A DNA stretch of 64,000 bases, taken from the IMG/VR virus record IMGVR_UViG_3300045988_146036, positions 1 through 64,000 of that record. One strand, written 5' to 3'. The first letter of the stretch is position 1. Each line of letters opens with the position of its first letter. The position numbers and the translations under genes were made by a program. Origin of the DNA: a virus. The notes below the pieces were generated by a model. That model was not told where the DNA came from, searched no databases, and was given only the letters and a program-made list of their open reading frames with translations. Below, piece after piece: positions 34,999-45,106 of the stretch.

Positions 34999-35289
34999 TT
35001 AACAGTCTGATAATACAATGTTAACTAATTTTTTAATATCGTCTGGTAATATTTCAAAATCTCGTTGCATCGTAGAAAGCATTTCATGTCTTGCAAAACT
35101 AAGATAATTATTAAGGGAGTCAAAGGACATTCCTACATCCTCTGCTATATCATAAATACTTTGTTCTTCAATGTACCTCAAATACAGTACCCTTTCAACA
35201 CGTTTATGTAAACCAAGTGCAGGTATTAAAGGTTTAAGTACATTCTTTGACATTTTATTTAATCTATTTGCAAAATTTCTTCCATCCAT
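34999..35289 (-). CDS. sigma-70 region-4-like transcriptional regulator (ArpU/late-regulator-like)
   Basis: LYLRYIEEQSIYDIAEDVGMS resembles the sigma region 4 HTH. Confidence 0.35.
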   Translation of the reverse strand: MDGRNFANRLNKMSKNVLKPLIPALGLHKRVERVLYLRYIEEQSIYDIAEDVGMSFDSLNNYLSFARHEMLSTMQRDFEILPDDIKKLVNIVLSDC

Positions 35290-35307
35290 TAGTCCACCCT
35301 CTCAATA

Positions 35308-35808
35308 TTATATATTTAATACTATAGCTTCAATTTCTTCTTTATTCTGCGCTGCTTCAACCTGTTCTCTTGCCTTGCGGTACGCCATATGCAAAGCATT
35401 GCTACGCACAGCAACAGTAGCAATAACCATGCGCAAGTCATTGGCAGTAACCTTTGTGTCTTGATTGTCTGCTGTCGTCCAGTCAATAGACGCATCAGTG
35501 CCTTGCAAAGACAAGGCAATGATGGCTGCGTTAATTCTATCTCTCGCTTTATCGTCATAGTCAAAGCTATGTCCACTGTATTCAATAGGCTCTGCCTCTG
35601 CTTTATCACGCTGATATTTAAGCTCTGCAATCTTACGTTGCTTAATCACTTCTAAGGGTTCTTCCTCATGCGTAACAGTAACATTTAATTCTGCCAAGGC
35701 TTCCTCGGAGATAGAAAGAGGTATAAAGATACCTTCCTGCCCTAAGGCTTCTGAAAGTAGGTAAATGTTAGAATAGGTTTGGTCTTTATATTTATATTTT
35801 GTTTGCAT
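35308..35808 (-). CDS. hypothetical protein (166 aa)
   Basis: ORF. Confidence 0.35.
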   Translation of the reverse strand: MQTKYKYKDQTYSNIYLLSEALGQEGIFIPLSISEEALAELNVTVTHEEEPLEVIKQRKIAELKYQRDKAEAEPIEYSGHSFDYDDKARDRINAAIIALSLQGTDASIDWTTADNQDTKVTANDLRMVIATVAVRSNALHMAYRKAREQVEAAQNKEEIEAIVLNI

Positions 35809-35824
35809 TTTGTTTCACCTTTAC

Positions 35825-36229
35825 TTAATAATCTTCAACTGTGGGCTTCATGTCATTTATTGCTTTACCCCATGAAAAAGTTACACCATCTGTTGTATAA
35901 TAACAGTCAAAATGCAATGTATAGGTTTTATTTGGGGTTACACCTACAATAGAATCAATATCTACGTGGTTTATATTTTCAAGCATCTCACATTCTGAAA
36001 TGCCTTCACCCCAAATTTCATTATTTATTGTATTTTTAATCTTTGCATAAAAACTTGAATAATCTTCGGCATCTTCAGCATAGTCAACTACTGCAACCAC
36101 TTTGATTCTTTTAATCCCCTTTGGAACAGTAAAAGCTATTGTTTTATCATCTGCTTCCCTATAAGTCCAATGCTTGCTACCATCTTCAACCTTTACTCCG
36201 CTATTCATCATCATTCTATTAAGTCCCAT
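35825..36229 (-). CDS. hypothetical structural protein (134 aa)
   Basis: ORF in the fibre module. Confidence 0.35.
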   Translation of the reverse strand: MGLNRMMMNSGVKVEDGSKHWTYREADDKTIAFTVPKGIKRIKVVAVVDYAEDAEDYSSFYAKIKNTINNEIWGEGISECEMLENINHVDIDSIVGVTPNKTYTLHFDCYYTTDGVTFSWGKAINDMKPTVEDY

Positions 36230-36241
36230 TATGCAGCACCT

Positions 36242-37609
36242 CTACGATAACTTACTAGCTTGCACAATGCTAGTAACATTGCCATCTTCATCTTTCATCA
36301 TCAAAATGTTTAATAACAGACCTGCACTTGTAATGGCCAGGTCGGATGCTGAACCAATGTATTTAATAGTACCAGCGTCGGTGATAGTCAAAGTGTAAGC
36401 ACCAGAGGATTTGATGAACGCCGTGAACACAGTGGATTCATCAAATTCTAAATTAGCCAAAAAGGTTTTAAGGCTAAGGTTAAAATCTCCCGTTGCTATA
36501 TAATGCATTAGGGATATTGAGGGAATATCGCCCTTACCGCGTTTCGTATGAGAAAGGTATTTTTCATATCCCAACTTTACTTCCTCAAAGTCTTGTAGAG
36601 AAACCCATGAGTTACTAAAAAGCCTGTTAGCATAAACTTTAGAAATTTCATTACCCTTACCATCACTCGTTGCTGCAGCCGCCATGCCAGAATAAAATTT
36701 AGCATTGATTGACCCTACTTCCTGTGAGCCTTGCCGCCAATTTATTGTAGTAAGTTCACCATTTAAAGAAAAACCAGAAAAAATATCAGTCCCGACCTTA
36801 TCTAGCAACGCACTATAGATAGCTTTATTTTGGACAGGGTTTGTGCTTGTACCACTTAATTCAGTATCAACAATTACACTATTAACATCAATCGTTACAT
36901 TGCCATTTTCATCCGCAACAGAATTATTTATGGAACGTACTATATTTTTGTTATTCCATTTAAGTAGTCCAACGGGACTGCCTAAAAGAGTTGCTGAATG
37001 TGTAGAATCTGCTGCTTTTAATAAAAATTGTCCTGTGTTTTCTGCATAATTACCACCACAAAGTTGAAGATTTGCACCACTATCAACTGCGTTACCTCCT
37101 GTTAAGCGCAAGTACGACGTATTAATATTTCTTTTAAGAATGTCTGCCACACTTACGCTGTTTGTGGCACTCTTGCCCATACCGTCTGTTATTCCGTACC
37201 CTGCTAAAGTAGTAGCTGTATAAGACATTTGCTGCCATTTAGACCACGTGCCTTGCACACCGTCCGAAATATAATAACTTCTTCTCCAACAGTTATTATA
37301 TTCTAGATTATTGGTGCTTCTATTATATTCCCGCACTTCTTGATAAACTATCTCACCTTTACCCCATACCATTAAGCCAAAAGCATAATTAGTAGGGCAA
37401 TTTAAAATAGTTTCAGCGCGAGAATTAATGTTACAGCAGTAGAACCCCTCATCCTTAAAATTATTTAAGTCTGAGGCTTCCGCTATCTCCAAGGATTTGT
37501 TAAATTTAGTATCTAGTTTCTCCAGTGTTGCTGTATTATCTTCATTTAAAAACTGTGGGACTTGTGTATCAATTTCTTCATCACCTGTCCAGTTATGAAA
37601 GCTTGCCAT
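36242..37609 (-). CDS. tail fibre / receptor-binding-like protein (455 aa)
   Basis: Ser/Thr/Asn/Gly-rich beta-rich protein; start abuts the radical-SAM stop. Confidence 0.4.
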   Translation of the reverse strand: MASFHNWTGDEEIDTQVPQFLNEDNTATLEKLDTKFNKSLEIAEASDLNNFKDEGFYCCNINSRAETILNCPTNYAFGLMVWGKGEIVYQEVREYNRSTNNLEYNNCWRRSYYISDGVQGTWSKWQQMSYTATTLAGYGITDGMGKSATNSVSVADILKRNINTSYLRLTGGNAVDSGANLQLCGGNYAENTGQFLLKAADSTHSATLLGSPVGLLKWNNKNIVRSINNSVADENGNVTIDVNSVIVDTELSGTSTNPVQNKAIYSALLDKVGTDIFSGFSLNGELTTINWRQGSQEVGSINAKFYSGMAAAATSDGKGNEISKVYANRLFSNSWVSLQDFEEVKLGYEKYLSHTKRGKGDIPSISLMHYIATGDFNLSLKTFLANLEFDESTVFTAFIKSSGAYTLTITDAGTIKYIGSASDLAITSAGLLLNILMMKDEDGNVTSIVQASKLS

Positions 37610-38833
37610 TTACATTCCACCTTCCATTCTCCAAAACTCATCAGCACATTCCTGCACCGCGCTAAAAAACTCCCTTATATAATCGCATTGTACAAATTCT
37701 TCTTTGTTTTCTTTCTTATAGGCTATTGGACAAATTGACCTGCATAAAGGTAGACATTCACATTCTGCGCAATTTCGTGGCAATAACTTTAACCACTCCA
37801 TTTCATGTGCTTTTAATATATCTGAATAATCATCTTTAATATTTGCAACCACTTTATTATCATTGTGGCATCTTATTATATTACCTGCAAAATCTATAGA
37901 TAAAGAGATACGTCCAGGTGCGCAAGGTGGAAATGGGGAAAGCATAAAACTTTCTTTAGAGAAGTAAGTCCCTCTTCTAAGTTTAGTTTCAAACCACCTA
38001 TGTACATTTGAATCCCTTGTTTCTTTATAATATTCAAATAAATCTTTTACTGCTTTTCTTACTTCGCCCTTCTCAAAAGCGTATAAATCTTTTGGTATAT
38101 CCCATAGTACATTTATAAAACCTAGAGTTACCTCAGTATTGGGGAATTTTGACTCCAAGTATTTAAAAGCAGTTACCATATCACAATTTAAGGCATTGTA
38201 TACCCCATTTACCGTTCTTTTTTCTGCCAACAAAAAAGCTTCTATATTTCTCTCTAGCGGCATGGCGTTTCTTGCAGCTAGAGGGTTGGGTGCATCATAA
38301 CTCATAATTACCCATATATTATGTTTGTTACAAAAGTCTACAATGGAATTTGAAAGTAATAGACCATTGGTGAAAATGCGATAAGAAATATTTCTCATAC
38401 CCATTTTTTCAAACTCTTCTATAAGTTTCTTTATTGTAGTCCAATAAAGTAAAGGTTCACCACCCCAAAAATAGAGCCTACCTCCACCTGCTTTATCCCA
38501 TTTTACTATAAAGTCTAGTACATCCTTGCTTAACTCAGTAGTGGGAAAAGCAACATCACATTTAATAGGAGTTTGTGTACAATGTCTGCAAGACATATTA
38601 CATGCACTGCCTAGCATCAGATAAAGTGCTTTTACACCTTCCGTGGATACCGAATCCCCTTCACAGTGAATAACATCCCCATTAACAAATTTGTCACCCT
38701 CTTGAATGTCGACCCCTGTAATATCCACATAATCTCCATCCCCAACTAAATCTTTAAACTCTTTTAATGTATTATTTGTTATAAATTTTGCCACCAATAC
38801 ATCATCTATTAATTTTCCAATTTGTAATACCAT
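37610..38833 (-). CDS. radical SAM / SPASM-domain maturase
   Basis: CNMSCRHC (CxxxCxxC) near the N-terminal third; C-terminal SPASM-type cluster NCAECECLPLCRSICP. Confidence 0.6.
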   Translation of the reverse strand: MVLQIGKLIDDVLVAKFITNNTLKEFKDLVGDGDYVDITGVDIQEGDKFVNGDVIHCEGDSVSTEGVKALYLMLGSACNMSCRHCTQTPIKCDVAFPTTELSKDVLDFIVKWDKAGGGRLYFWGGEPLLYWTTIKKLIEEFEKMGMRNISYRIFTNGLLLSNSIVDFCNKHNIWVIMSYDAPNPLAARNAMPLERNIEAFLLAEKRTVNGVYNALNCDMVTAFKYLESKFPNTEVTLGFINVLWDIPKDLYAFEKGEVRKAVKDLFEYYKETRDSNVHRWFETKLRRGTYFSKESFMLSPFPPCAPGRISLSIDFAGNIIRCHNDNKVVANIKDDYSDILKAHEMEWLKLLPRNCAECECLPLCRSICPIAYKKENKEEFVQCDYIREFFSAVQECADEFWRMEGGM

Positions 38834-39303
38834 AATGCTACCGCTCCTGCACTTCCCGCTAAACCAATACCGCCACCTGCACCTGCGCTTCCAACAGTGA
38901 TTTGTATCCTATCCCCTTCCTTAACAGGAATGGTGACAATATTAATGCCACCACTACCTCCTGATACAGGGTAGACAACTTTGTCCGTGTTTGAACAGCC
39001 TCCACCACTACCATAAACACCTTTAGTAACTTCGGGACGAACATCGTATCCTTTAGTACCTGCCACTGAATAATCACCGTCTACACCTTCTGGAACGCCA
39101 CCTTTACCAACTTGCTTTTCCTCAGTTTCGGTGTAGCTTCGCCTATTAGCATATGTACAAACTCTTTTATACTTTGCACCACCGCCCCCAGATGCAATGA
39201 TTACATCTGCTCCATTTAAAGAAACTTTAGAAGTTCCACCATCTGTTCCTTTAGCGTCTGCAATAACTTGTGTATGGGGGTATTGAATCCATCTTGTACT
39301 CAT
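38809..39303 (-). CDS. glycine-rich tail-fibre-associated protein (164 aa)
   Basis: SGGGGA, GSGGGC, VGSAGAGGGIG; paralogous segment VTIPVKEGDRIQITVGSAGAGGG; ATGA overlap with the upstream gene. Confidence 0.45.
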   Translation of the reverse strand: MSTRWIQYPHTQVIADAKGTDGGTSKVSLNGADVIIASGGGGAKYKRVCTYANRRSYTETEEKQVGKGGVPEGVDGDYSVAGTKGYDVRPEVTKGVYGSGGGCSNTDKVVYPVSGGSGGINIVTIPVKEGDRIQITVGSAGAGGGIGLAGSAGAVALWYYKLEN

Positions 39304-40106
39304 GCTCCTTCACCTCCGCTACCTTCTCCTTGGCTCGGGCCGCTATCATCGGTATCTTCTTTAGGAGTGTATCCATATCCTGCACCACCGCCGCCGCCAC
39401 CAACAGTCACGATGGTAATGTTTTCCACACCTTTAGGAACTGTGAAATCATAAGTACCTGGACTTGAATATTGGACAAATTGCTGTCCAGACATTAACAA
39501 ATCATTGTTCCAAGCATAACAAACAGTTAAATGGCTATCTTTACTAGAGCCTTGCCCCAAAAGCCAAAGCTCCATTCGATGCGTTCCTGCGTCTAATTCA
39601 ATGTCCCCATCATATAAAGTTTTCCAATTAATGCCTGCACTGCGCCTGAAAGTTTTCTTAACAAGCAAGTTTCCATCTAAATTTATCCATATATCACTAC
39701 GTTGCCACTTATCAGAGCTGTATCCCCAACCAGTTTGTCCATAATTAACCATACTTTTATAATGAAACTTGGTTCTTCTTGGTGCTACAAAATAAAAAGT
39801 ATCATATTTAGCTGTGCGCTCACCACTACCACCAAATTCTATCTTTACAGTCTTATCAAAATTTACGCCTTGGATGCCTTGCACACTTTGCTCAACCACT
39901 CTATAAGACATTCCGTCAATTTCTACCCAAAGTTGTGTTCCATACAAATCATCTGTAACACCTAGAGGTGCATACACAGTTGAACCATTTGCTAATTTAA
40001 TTGGTAAAGACCTTCCTGTATAGCTACAAGTAGGTGTATCATATAAAGGAACTATTTTTTTATTATTACTGCTTTGTATGTTTAAAACATGCTCTGTTAC
40101 ACCCAT
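39300..40106 (-). CDS. glycine-rich tail fibre protein (268 aa)
   Basis: C-terminus FTVPKGVENITIVTVGGGGGGAGYGY, paralogous to the 164-aa protein. Confidence 0.45.
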   Translation of the reverse strand: MGVTEHVLNIQSSNNKKIVPLYDTPTCSYTGRSLPIKLANGSTVYAPLGVTDDLYGTQLWVEIDGMSYRVVEQSVQGIQGVNFDKTVKIEFGGSGERTAKYDTFYFVAPRRTKFHYKSMVNYGQTGWGYSSDKWQRSDIWINLDGNLLVKKTFRRSAGINWKTLYDGDIELDAGTHRMELWLLGQGSSKDSHLTVCYAWNNDLLMSGQQFVQYSSPGTYDFTVPKGVENITIVTVGGGGGGAGYGYTPKEDTDDSGPSQGEGSGGEGA

Positions 40107-40107
40107 A

Positions 40108-40713
40108 TTATTTCACCCACATTTTCGTACCATTAGGAAATACTATTTGCCCGCTTTCATTAAAACGTGCTAAATTACTTGGCAAAATGGTATCTGGGAT
40201 AAGTGCTTTATCATTCAATATAGGTATCTCTTCCCTACCATAACCTATATTTAAAATACCATTAGGTATTTTACCATCTGCGTTCACCATCACAATCTGC
40301 CCTGCCTTAACCCCAGTATCAATAAGGCTTGTTGCTATCTTATCATTATCCCCTGTCATTACCAGTTGCCCATTCTGTGTCCCTGTATACATTAGGCTCA
40401 TCTTAATCTTATTTGTGGCAACATCTATTATATCGTCCACCCTACTAAGAGGAATATGAAATGTATCCACATACTCCTTATTAACAAGTGTTAATGTTAA
40501 GTCTGCTATCCTTATCCATAAATTATACTCCACATTAGATAAGATATAAAGACTCATTGTATCTGTTCTAAAACAAGGCTGCCCCAAAACTAAATTATCT
40601 TGGGGAAAACTTGTACCACTATGCTGTGACTGCACACTTTCAAAATTCTTATTTATAGGTTCTAAAGAATTTGCAAGTGTTTCAGTTTCTTTTATTTTTC
40701 TTAATTTCTGCAT
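40108..40713 (-). CDS. tail/baseplate-associated protein (201 aa)
   Basis: Position within the tail module. Confidence 0.35.
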   Translation of the reverse strand: MQKLRKIKETETLANSLEPINKNFESVQSQHSGTSFPQDNLVLGQPCFRTDTMSLYILSNVEYNLWIRIADLTLTLVNKEYVDTFHIPLSRVDDIIDVATNKIKMSLMYTGTQNGQLVMTGDNDKIATSLIDTGVKAGQIVMVNADGKIPNGILNIGYGREEIPILNDKALIPDTILPSNLARFNESGQIVFPNGTKMWVK

Positions 40714-40722
40714 TATTTCACC

Positions 40723-41637
40723 TCAATATCCGCGGGCTGCATAAGTTATTGTCCCCTCAACATAGCCGCCATCCTCATTTTTCATTACTACCATAAACCC
40801 TTTTGTAGTAACATCATATGCTAATACTAACGGCGGAGCACCTGTGCCACTATAAGACTTAATAGTAACATTCAATTCTGGTACAATGTGGAACTTCCTA
40901 TCACTATTAAAGTGCATTTCATGGGGTTGATTGGTAGTTGTAAGCACTACTGTACCTGTATCTACCACATCTGGTACATCTACTTTATGTATATACACCC
41001 TTGCATTAGGCCTAGCTGCATTAAGACTAGCTTGCATTACATATTTACATAATGCTTTTTGATATATATAATCGCCTGTAATCATTTTCTTCCACTTACT
41101 ATAACCAAAAGGCGTAAATGTTTCATCAAAATTCGTTTCGTTTAAAACCTTGTCATAGAAGCGTAAATCACTTAATACCTGTTGTGAATTATTTATTTTT
41201 AACACACCAATTCCAAGTGCCTCTTTAAAGGGTTTTGTAACTTTCTTATTAGGAGCTTCTTGTAACCCCAATGCTGTGCTAAATTTTCTGAAATAAGCAT
41301 TTACGGTTGTATAATCAGATGTAAAACCTAAACCTGCCTTAAAAGTTCTGTAAAAATCATTTTTAGTAACTGGGTCTACTTTAATCCCCAAAGTAGCACT
41401 AAATGCTTTGCTTGACTTTTTATTTATCTGTTGTTGTATTCCTAGACCTATATGATAGGAACGCTTATAATTACACTTGCTTGTAGCCTCTAAATTGAAA
41501 CTTAGTGTAGCTTTCCAGTCTGCAATGTAAACTGTTCCTCGCAAATCTTTTAAGCGTTTTCCTTTAAAATAGCTGAAAGGAAATGGGGCTTCTTTTAGTT
41601 TTAAGCCTCGAATTTCCTCTCTAACCGTAAAACTCAT
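40723..41637 (-). CDS. structural protein with about five tandem 25-aa xFxxxLGI repeats
   Basis: FSATLGIKV / FKAGLGFTS / FSTALGLQE / FKEALGIGV periodic repeats. Confidence 0.4.
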   Translation of the reverse strand: MSFTVREEIRGLKLKEAPFPFSYFKGKRLKDLRGTVYIADWKATLSFNLEATSKCNYKRSYHIGLGIQQQINKKSSKAFSATLGIKVDPVTKNDFYRTFKAGLGFTSDYTTVNAYFRKFSTALGLQEAPNKKVTKPFKEALGIGVLKINNSQQVLSDLRFYDKVLNETNFDETFTPFGYSKWKKMITGDYIYQKALCKYVMQASLNAARPNARVYIHKVDVPDVVDTGTVVLTTTNQPHEMHFNSDRKFHIVPELNVTIKSYSGTGAPPLVLAYDVTTKGFMVVMKNEDGGYVEGTITYAARGY

Positions 41638-42080
41638 ACTACTGATACTTCTTTCAAAATAATTTCAAAAGTCATTGCATAAGTATCTACAGCTTCTTTA
41701 TTAATTACTGGATATACAACTCTATCAAATAAAATATCATCCCCTGTAAAAATACCTGCTTCCACCAAAGCACCTGTTGCTTCTCCAGCACCAAAAACTG
41801 TCTGGAATACGAGAGAAGTAGTTCCCGCTGTATGAGTGTAGGTACAAGCCTTTTTAAGTTTAAGTGCTTTCAAGTTTGTATCTCCTAGAGCTGGGGCAGT
41901 ATTATTAGTTCCTACACCAATTTGACTAATAGGCTTTGGTCTTGTTGTTGAACCTAAGCAATTACTTACAAAGTCAAAACCTGCACTTGTAATCAAATTA
42001 TGTTTCACAAACTTTTGTTTAATGTTATTATTCTCGTCATACAGTACCCCTGTAACAACAACTGTCATTTCTGTATTCAT
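41634..42080 (-). CDS. tail-associated protein (148 aa)
   Basis: Position after the gpJ-like gene. Confidence 0.35.
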   Translation of the reverse strand: MNTEMTVVVTGVLYDENNNIKQKFVKHNLITSAGFDFVSNCLGSTTRPKPISQIGVGTNNTAPALGDTNLKALKLKKACTYTHTAGTTSLVFQTVFGAGEATGALVEAGIFTGDDILFDRVVYPVINKEAVDTYAMTFEIILKEVSVV

Positions 42081-42091
42081 TTAATCCTCTC

Positions 42092-45000
42092 CTATTCCCT
42101 ATTGAAATCGCCATACAAAGCTACCTGTGTGTATCGCTTCATCACAGAAATTTTCTTTCTATTTATAACATAGGAATCGCAACCTACGTCATATATAACA
42201 AATGTAAAATACCCTGAGCCTTGTGAAATTATAAAATGTAGATAATCACCTTTTCCAGAAAAATCTTTTAACTCATACTCTCTACCATCTGAAAAGGTAC
42301 ATACAAACATATCATCATCTTCTCTATAATGAAGCCATAAATAATCACCTAAGTCATTCCTTAAAGTAAGAATTGAATAATTATTTACACTGTCAAAAGG
42401 CACGTAAAGATTAAAGCTGAATGAAAAAGCATCATCAATCGGCAAATTTTTCCATTTTGGACGGCACTTTCCATCTAACACAAGCCCTTTTTCAAACCTT
42501 CCTACCCCATAAGTAGGAGTACCAACAATTCCTATGGGTTTTTTACCATTGTCTGAAACGAGTGTTTCGTTCAATGACATTCTCTCAATTACATCCTCTT
42601 TACTTGACTCATTATACACCGCAATTTCTGTCCATGAATTGTACATATCATCTATACCTAATGGAAACCAAGTTCTTCGTTTAGCGTTCTCACTCGCCCA
42701 TGTAAAATGAGCATCCTTCCACATAAGCTCTAACTCCGCGTTTACTGGCTTGATGGTTTTCTCTGTCCAGTTTCTTGCGCAATACTCTTGGTCTAACTCC
42801 ATAGGATATATATAATCCCCATAAACCTTGCCTGCATCTAATTGTATACCGCCTGCATTTACGTGCATATTATACTTCTTACCACTCCACTCATCTGCTA
42901 CTGCATCATATTCCAAAATCATGTTCCTGTTAGGTATAGATGCTACACTTAATTGGCAATATGCAGGATTTGTGCTAGGTACGCCATACGCAGTATATGC
43001 TTTCATCCAAAAAGTAGTGCTTGTGGCCTGTGCATATGGATAACTAAAGAAATGCCCAGAACTTGTTGCCAAAGTATTACCATATTCCCAGTTCTCACCC
43101 TCTTTAAGTACATAGTACGCAGCTCCTTCCACTAAATTCCAATGAAACTCTATGTTGCGCTCATTCTGTACACAATCAAAGCCGTTTACGTCTGAGGGAC
43201 ATAAAATCTCTAAAAGTAGTCTTGCAGGAGTGGAGCGATTACCTGCTGTATCAACAGCTACTAAATAAAAAGTATATTCGCCAACATTTGCAGGATAGTA
43301 ATAAGATGTTCCATATACTTGTGCTATTTTATCTTCTTCTGATACAGAACCTAAATATAGCAAATAATAATCTACATCCTTTTCCCCCTCATCCCAATAA
43401 AGTTTAAAGCCTCCTGTCACCTCTTCACCATGAAAATTAGAAGGCATAGTAGGAGCTGCATTTTTACCTGTAATGTAAATCTCTGGGGAATAAGTATATG
43501 CTGAAAATTTGCCGTACTTACTCATATTCTGAAATCTGAAAATGTAGGTTTCATATATTTCCATATTCTCTATGACAGCCCTATAAGTGCCGTCGTCAAA
43601 TGTCCCACCGAAAAGCCACTTATCTGAATCCTTCTTACGATACGAAACATTAAAACTCTTATTATAAGTCCAATCTGTATAAATTACATCTAACATTATA
43701 TTACTAACTACCGTTTTATCAGGCAATATATAATATTCCTGCTCATTTCCTACGTATACTATTTCTGGCGGCGTTTGTTGTGGGTCAGTAAGTTCTGTAA
43801 TATTTATTACAGGGTCACTTGCTCCACGTTGCTCACTGTAAATAGATTCGTTGTACTCTCTACACGTAAGTTTTATACTTTCATTTTGCTCATCTTCAAT
43901 TTTTATTATTCTAAATTTTTTCTTTTGAAATTCCGTTACATAATCTGTAACTTCTATTACATCACCAACAGTTCTATTTAAAGCGCGTCTATCTGTTTTA
44001 AAAGAAATGTAGGTCTGACAAGTCAGTGCTTGATTTAAGTAGAACCATGCTAATCTACTTGCCTGGTCAAAAGTTGTTACACCCATTAGCTCCAAAGTTT
44101 CAACCATTGGCTGTTTTCTTAAATAGCTATCAGGGCTTAAAGAAGCTTCTGCGTTTACTTTTACCCACTCATTTTTAGGGTCAATATAAGTAATTCTATA
44201 AATATCTGGGACTTCTGACAAAGGACTAAACCATATACTCAAATCGTGTATGTCATTCGGAGTATATGATTGAACTACTTCATCTGCCTTTTCTACAAAC
44301 AAGCTATATTTGCCTGCTCTATATATAAGTAAAGAACGGCAACAATTTAACATATACTGTATCCACTCTAAACGGCTTCTTTGTTCATCTAAAGCCAGAT
44401 TTAATGTATAATTCTTTTCTTTAAAGAATTTAGCTCCATCTATAAAACTTTGAACATCAATTTCATCAAGGCTCATTCCGCATCCATTATAGCGTGTCAT
44501 AAAGTCTAAAACACACCATGCAGGATTATCCGTCCACTCCTCTCGATACTGTGTCAAATCGTTTGCGTTCTCATATATCTTTACAATAGAGCCATCTACT
44601 AAGCAAGTAACATTAAAACTACTACTTAAATTTTCATTCGCCTTTGCCTGTAAAGCTATATATGCCAAATACTTTAAACCGCCAACTAGCATTGCTTTAT
44701 CTTTTTGTGTATCTCCGATTACACGGCTATCTATTTCTTGTACGCCATCACCGTAATAGTAATTATAGCTAACACCCTCATAACTACTACTATTTGCGTC
44801 TAAATCATCAAATTGCAAGTCCCTTATGCCCTTAATCTTACCATCCGCAACAGATACTAATTTATAGAGCACTTTTTTATCATTACTCAATCTAGAATAA
44901 ATCATATTTCCCGCAGTTTTTACAGTACCATATATAATAGGTACTGGGTCTGTGGTGCTCACGTTGGTAGTCAGTGCGCCCTCACCATATGTATAAGAAG

Positions 45001-45106
45001 CCTTTTTATTAGACAATTTCTTCTGCTGTCTAAGGCTTACAAACATACTAACAAGGGCAATACCAATACCTATCCAACCCCATGTTGCTGCTGAAATGTG
45101 TGACAC
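42092..45106 (-). CDS. central tail fibre / host specificity protein (gpJ-like, 1004 aa)
   Basis: Size and position after the gpM/L/K-like genes; N-terminal hydrophobic segment. Confidence 0.5.
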   Translation of the reverse strand: MSHISAATWGWIGIGIALVSMFVSLRQQKKLSNKKASYTYGEGALTTNVSTTDPVPIIYGTVKTAGNMIYSRLSNDKKVLYKLVSVADGKIKGIRDLQFDDLDANSSSYEGVSYNYYYGDGVQEIDSRVIGDTQKDKAMLVGGLKYLAYIALQAKANENLSSSFNVTCLVDGSIVKIYENANDLTQYREEWTDNPAWCVLDFMTRYNGCGMSLDEIDVQSFIDGAKFFKEKNYTLNLALDEQRSRLEWIQYMLNCCRSLLIYRAGKYSLFVEKADEVVQSYTPNDIHDLSIWFSPLSEVPDIYRITYIDPKNEWVKVNAEASLSPDSYLRKQPMVETLELMGVTTFDQASRLAWFYLNQALTCQTYISFKTDRRALNRTVGDVIEVTDYVTEFQKKKFRIIKIEDEQNESIKLTCREYNESIYSEQRGASDPVINITELTDPQQTPPEIVYVGNEQEYYILPDKTVVSNIMLDVIYTDWTYNKSFNVSYRKKDSDKWLFGGTFDDGTYRAVIENMEIYETYIFRFQNMSKYGKFSAYTYSPEIYITGKNAAPTMPSNFHGEEVTGGFKLYWDEGEKDVDYYLLYLGSVSEEDKIAQVYGTSYYYPANVGEYTFYLVAVDTAGNRSTPARLLLEILCPSDVNGFDCVQNERNIEFHWNLVEGAAYYVLKEGENWEYGNTLATSSGHFFSYPYAQATSTTFWMKAYTAYGVPSTNPAYCQLSVASIPNRNMILEYDAVADEWSGKKYNMHVNAGGIQLDAGKVYGDYIYPMELDQEYCARNWTEKTIKPVNAELELMWKDAHFTWASENAKRRTWFPLGIDDMYNSWTEIAVYNESSKEDVIERMSLNETLVSDNGKKPIGIVGTPTYGVGRFEKGLVLDGKCRPKWKNLPIDDAFSFSFNLYVPFDSVNNYSILTLRNDLGDYLWLHYREDDDMFVCTFSDGREYELKDFSGKGDYLHFIISQGSGYFTFVIYDVGCDSYVINRKKISVMKRYTQVALYGDFNRE

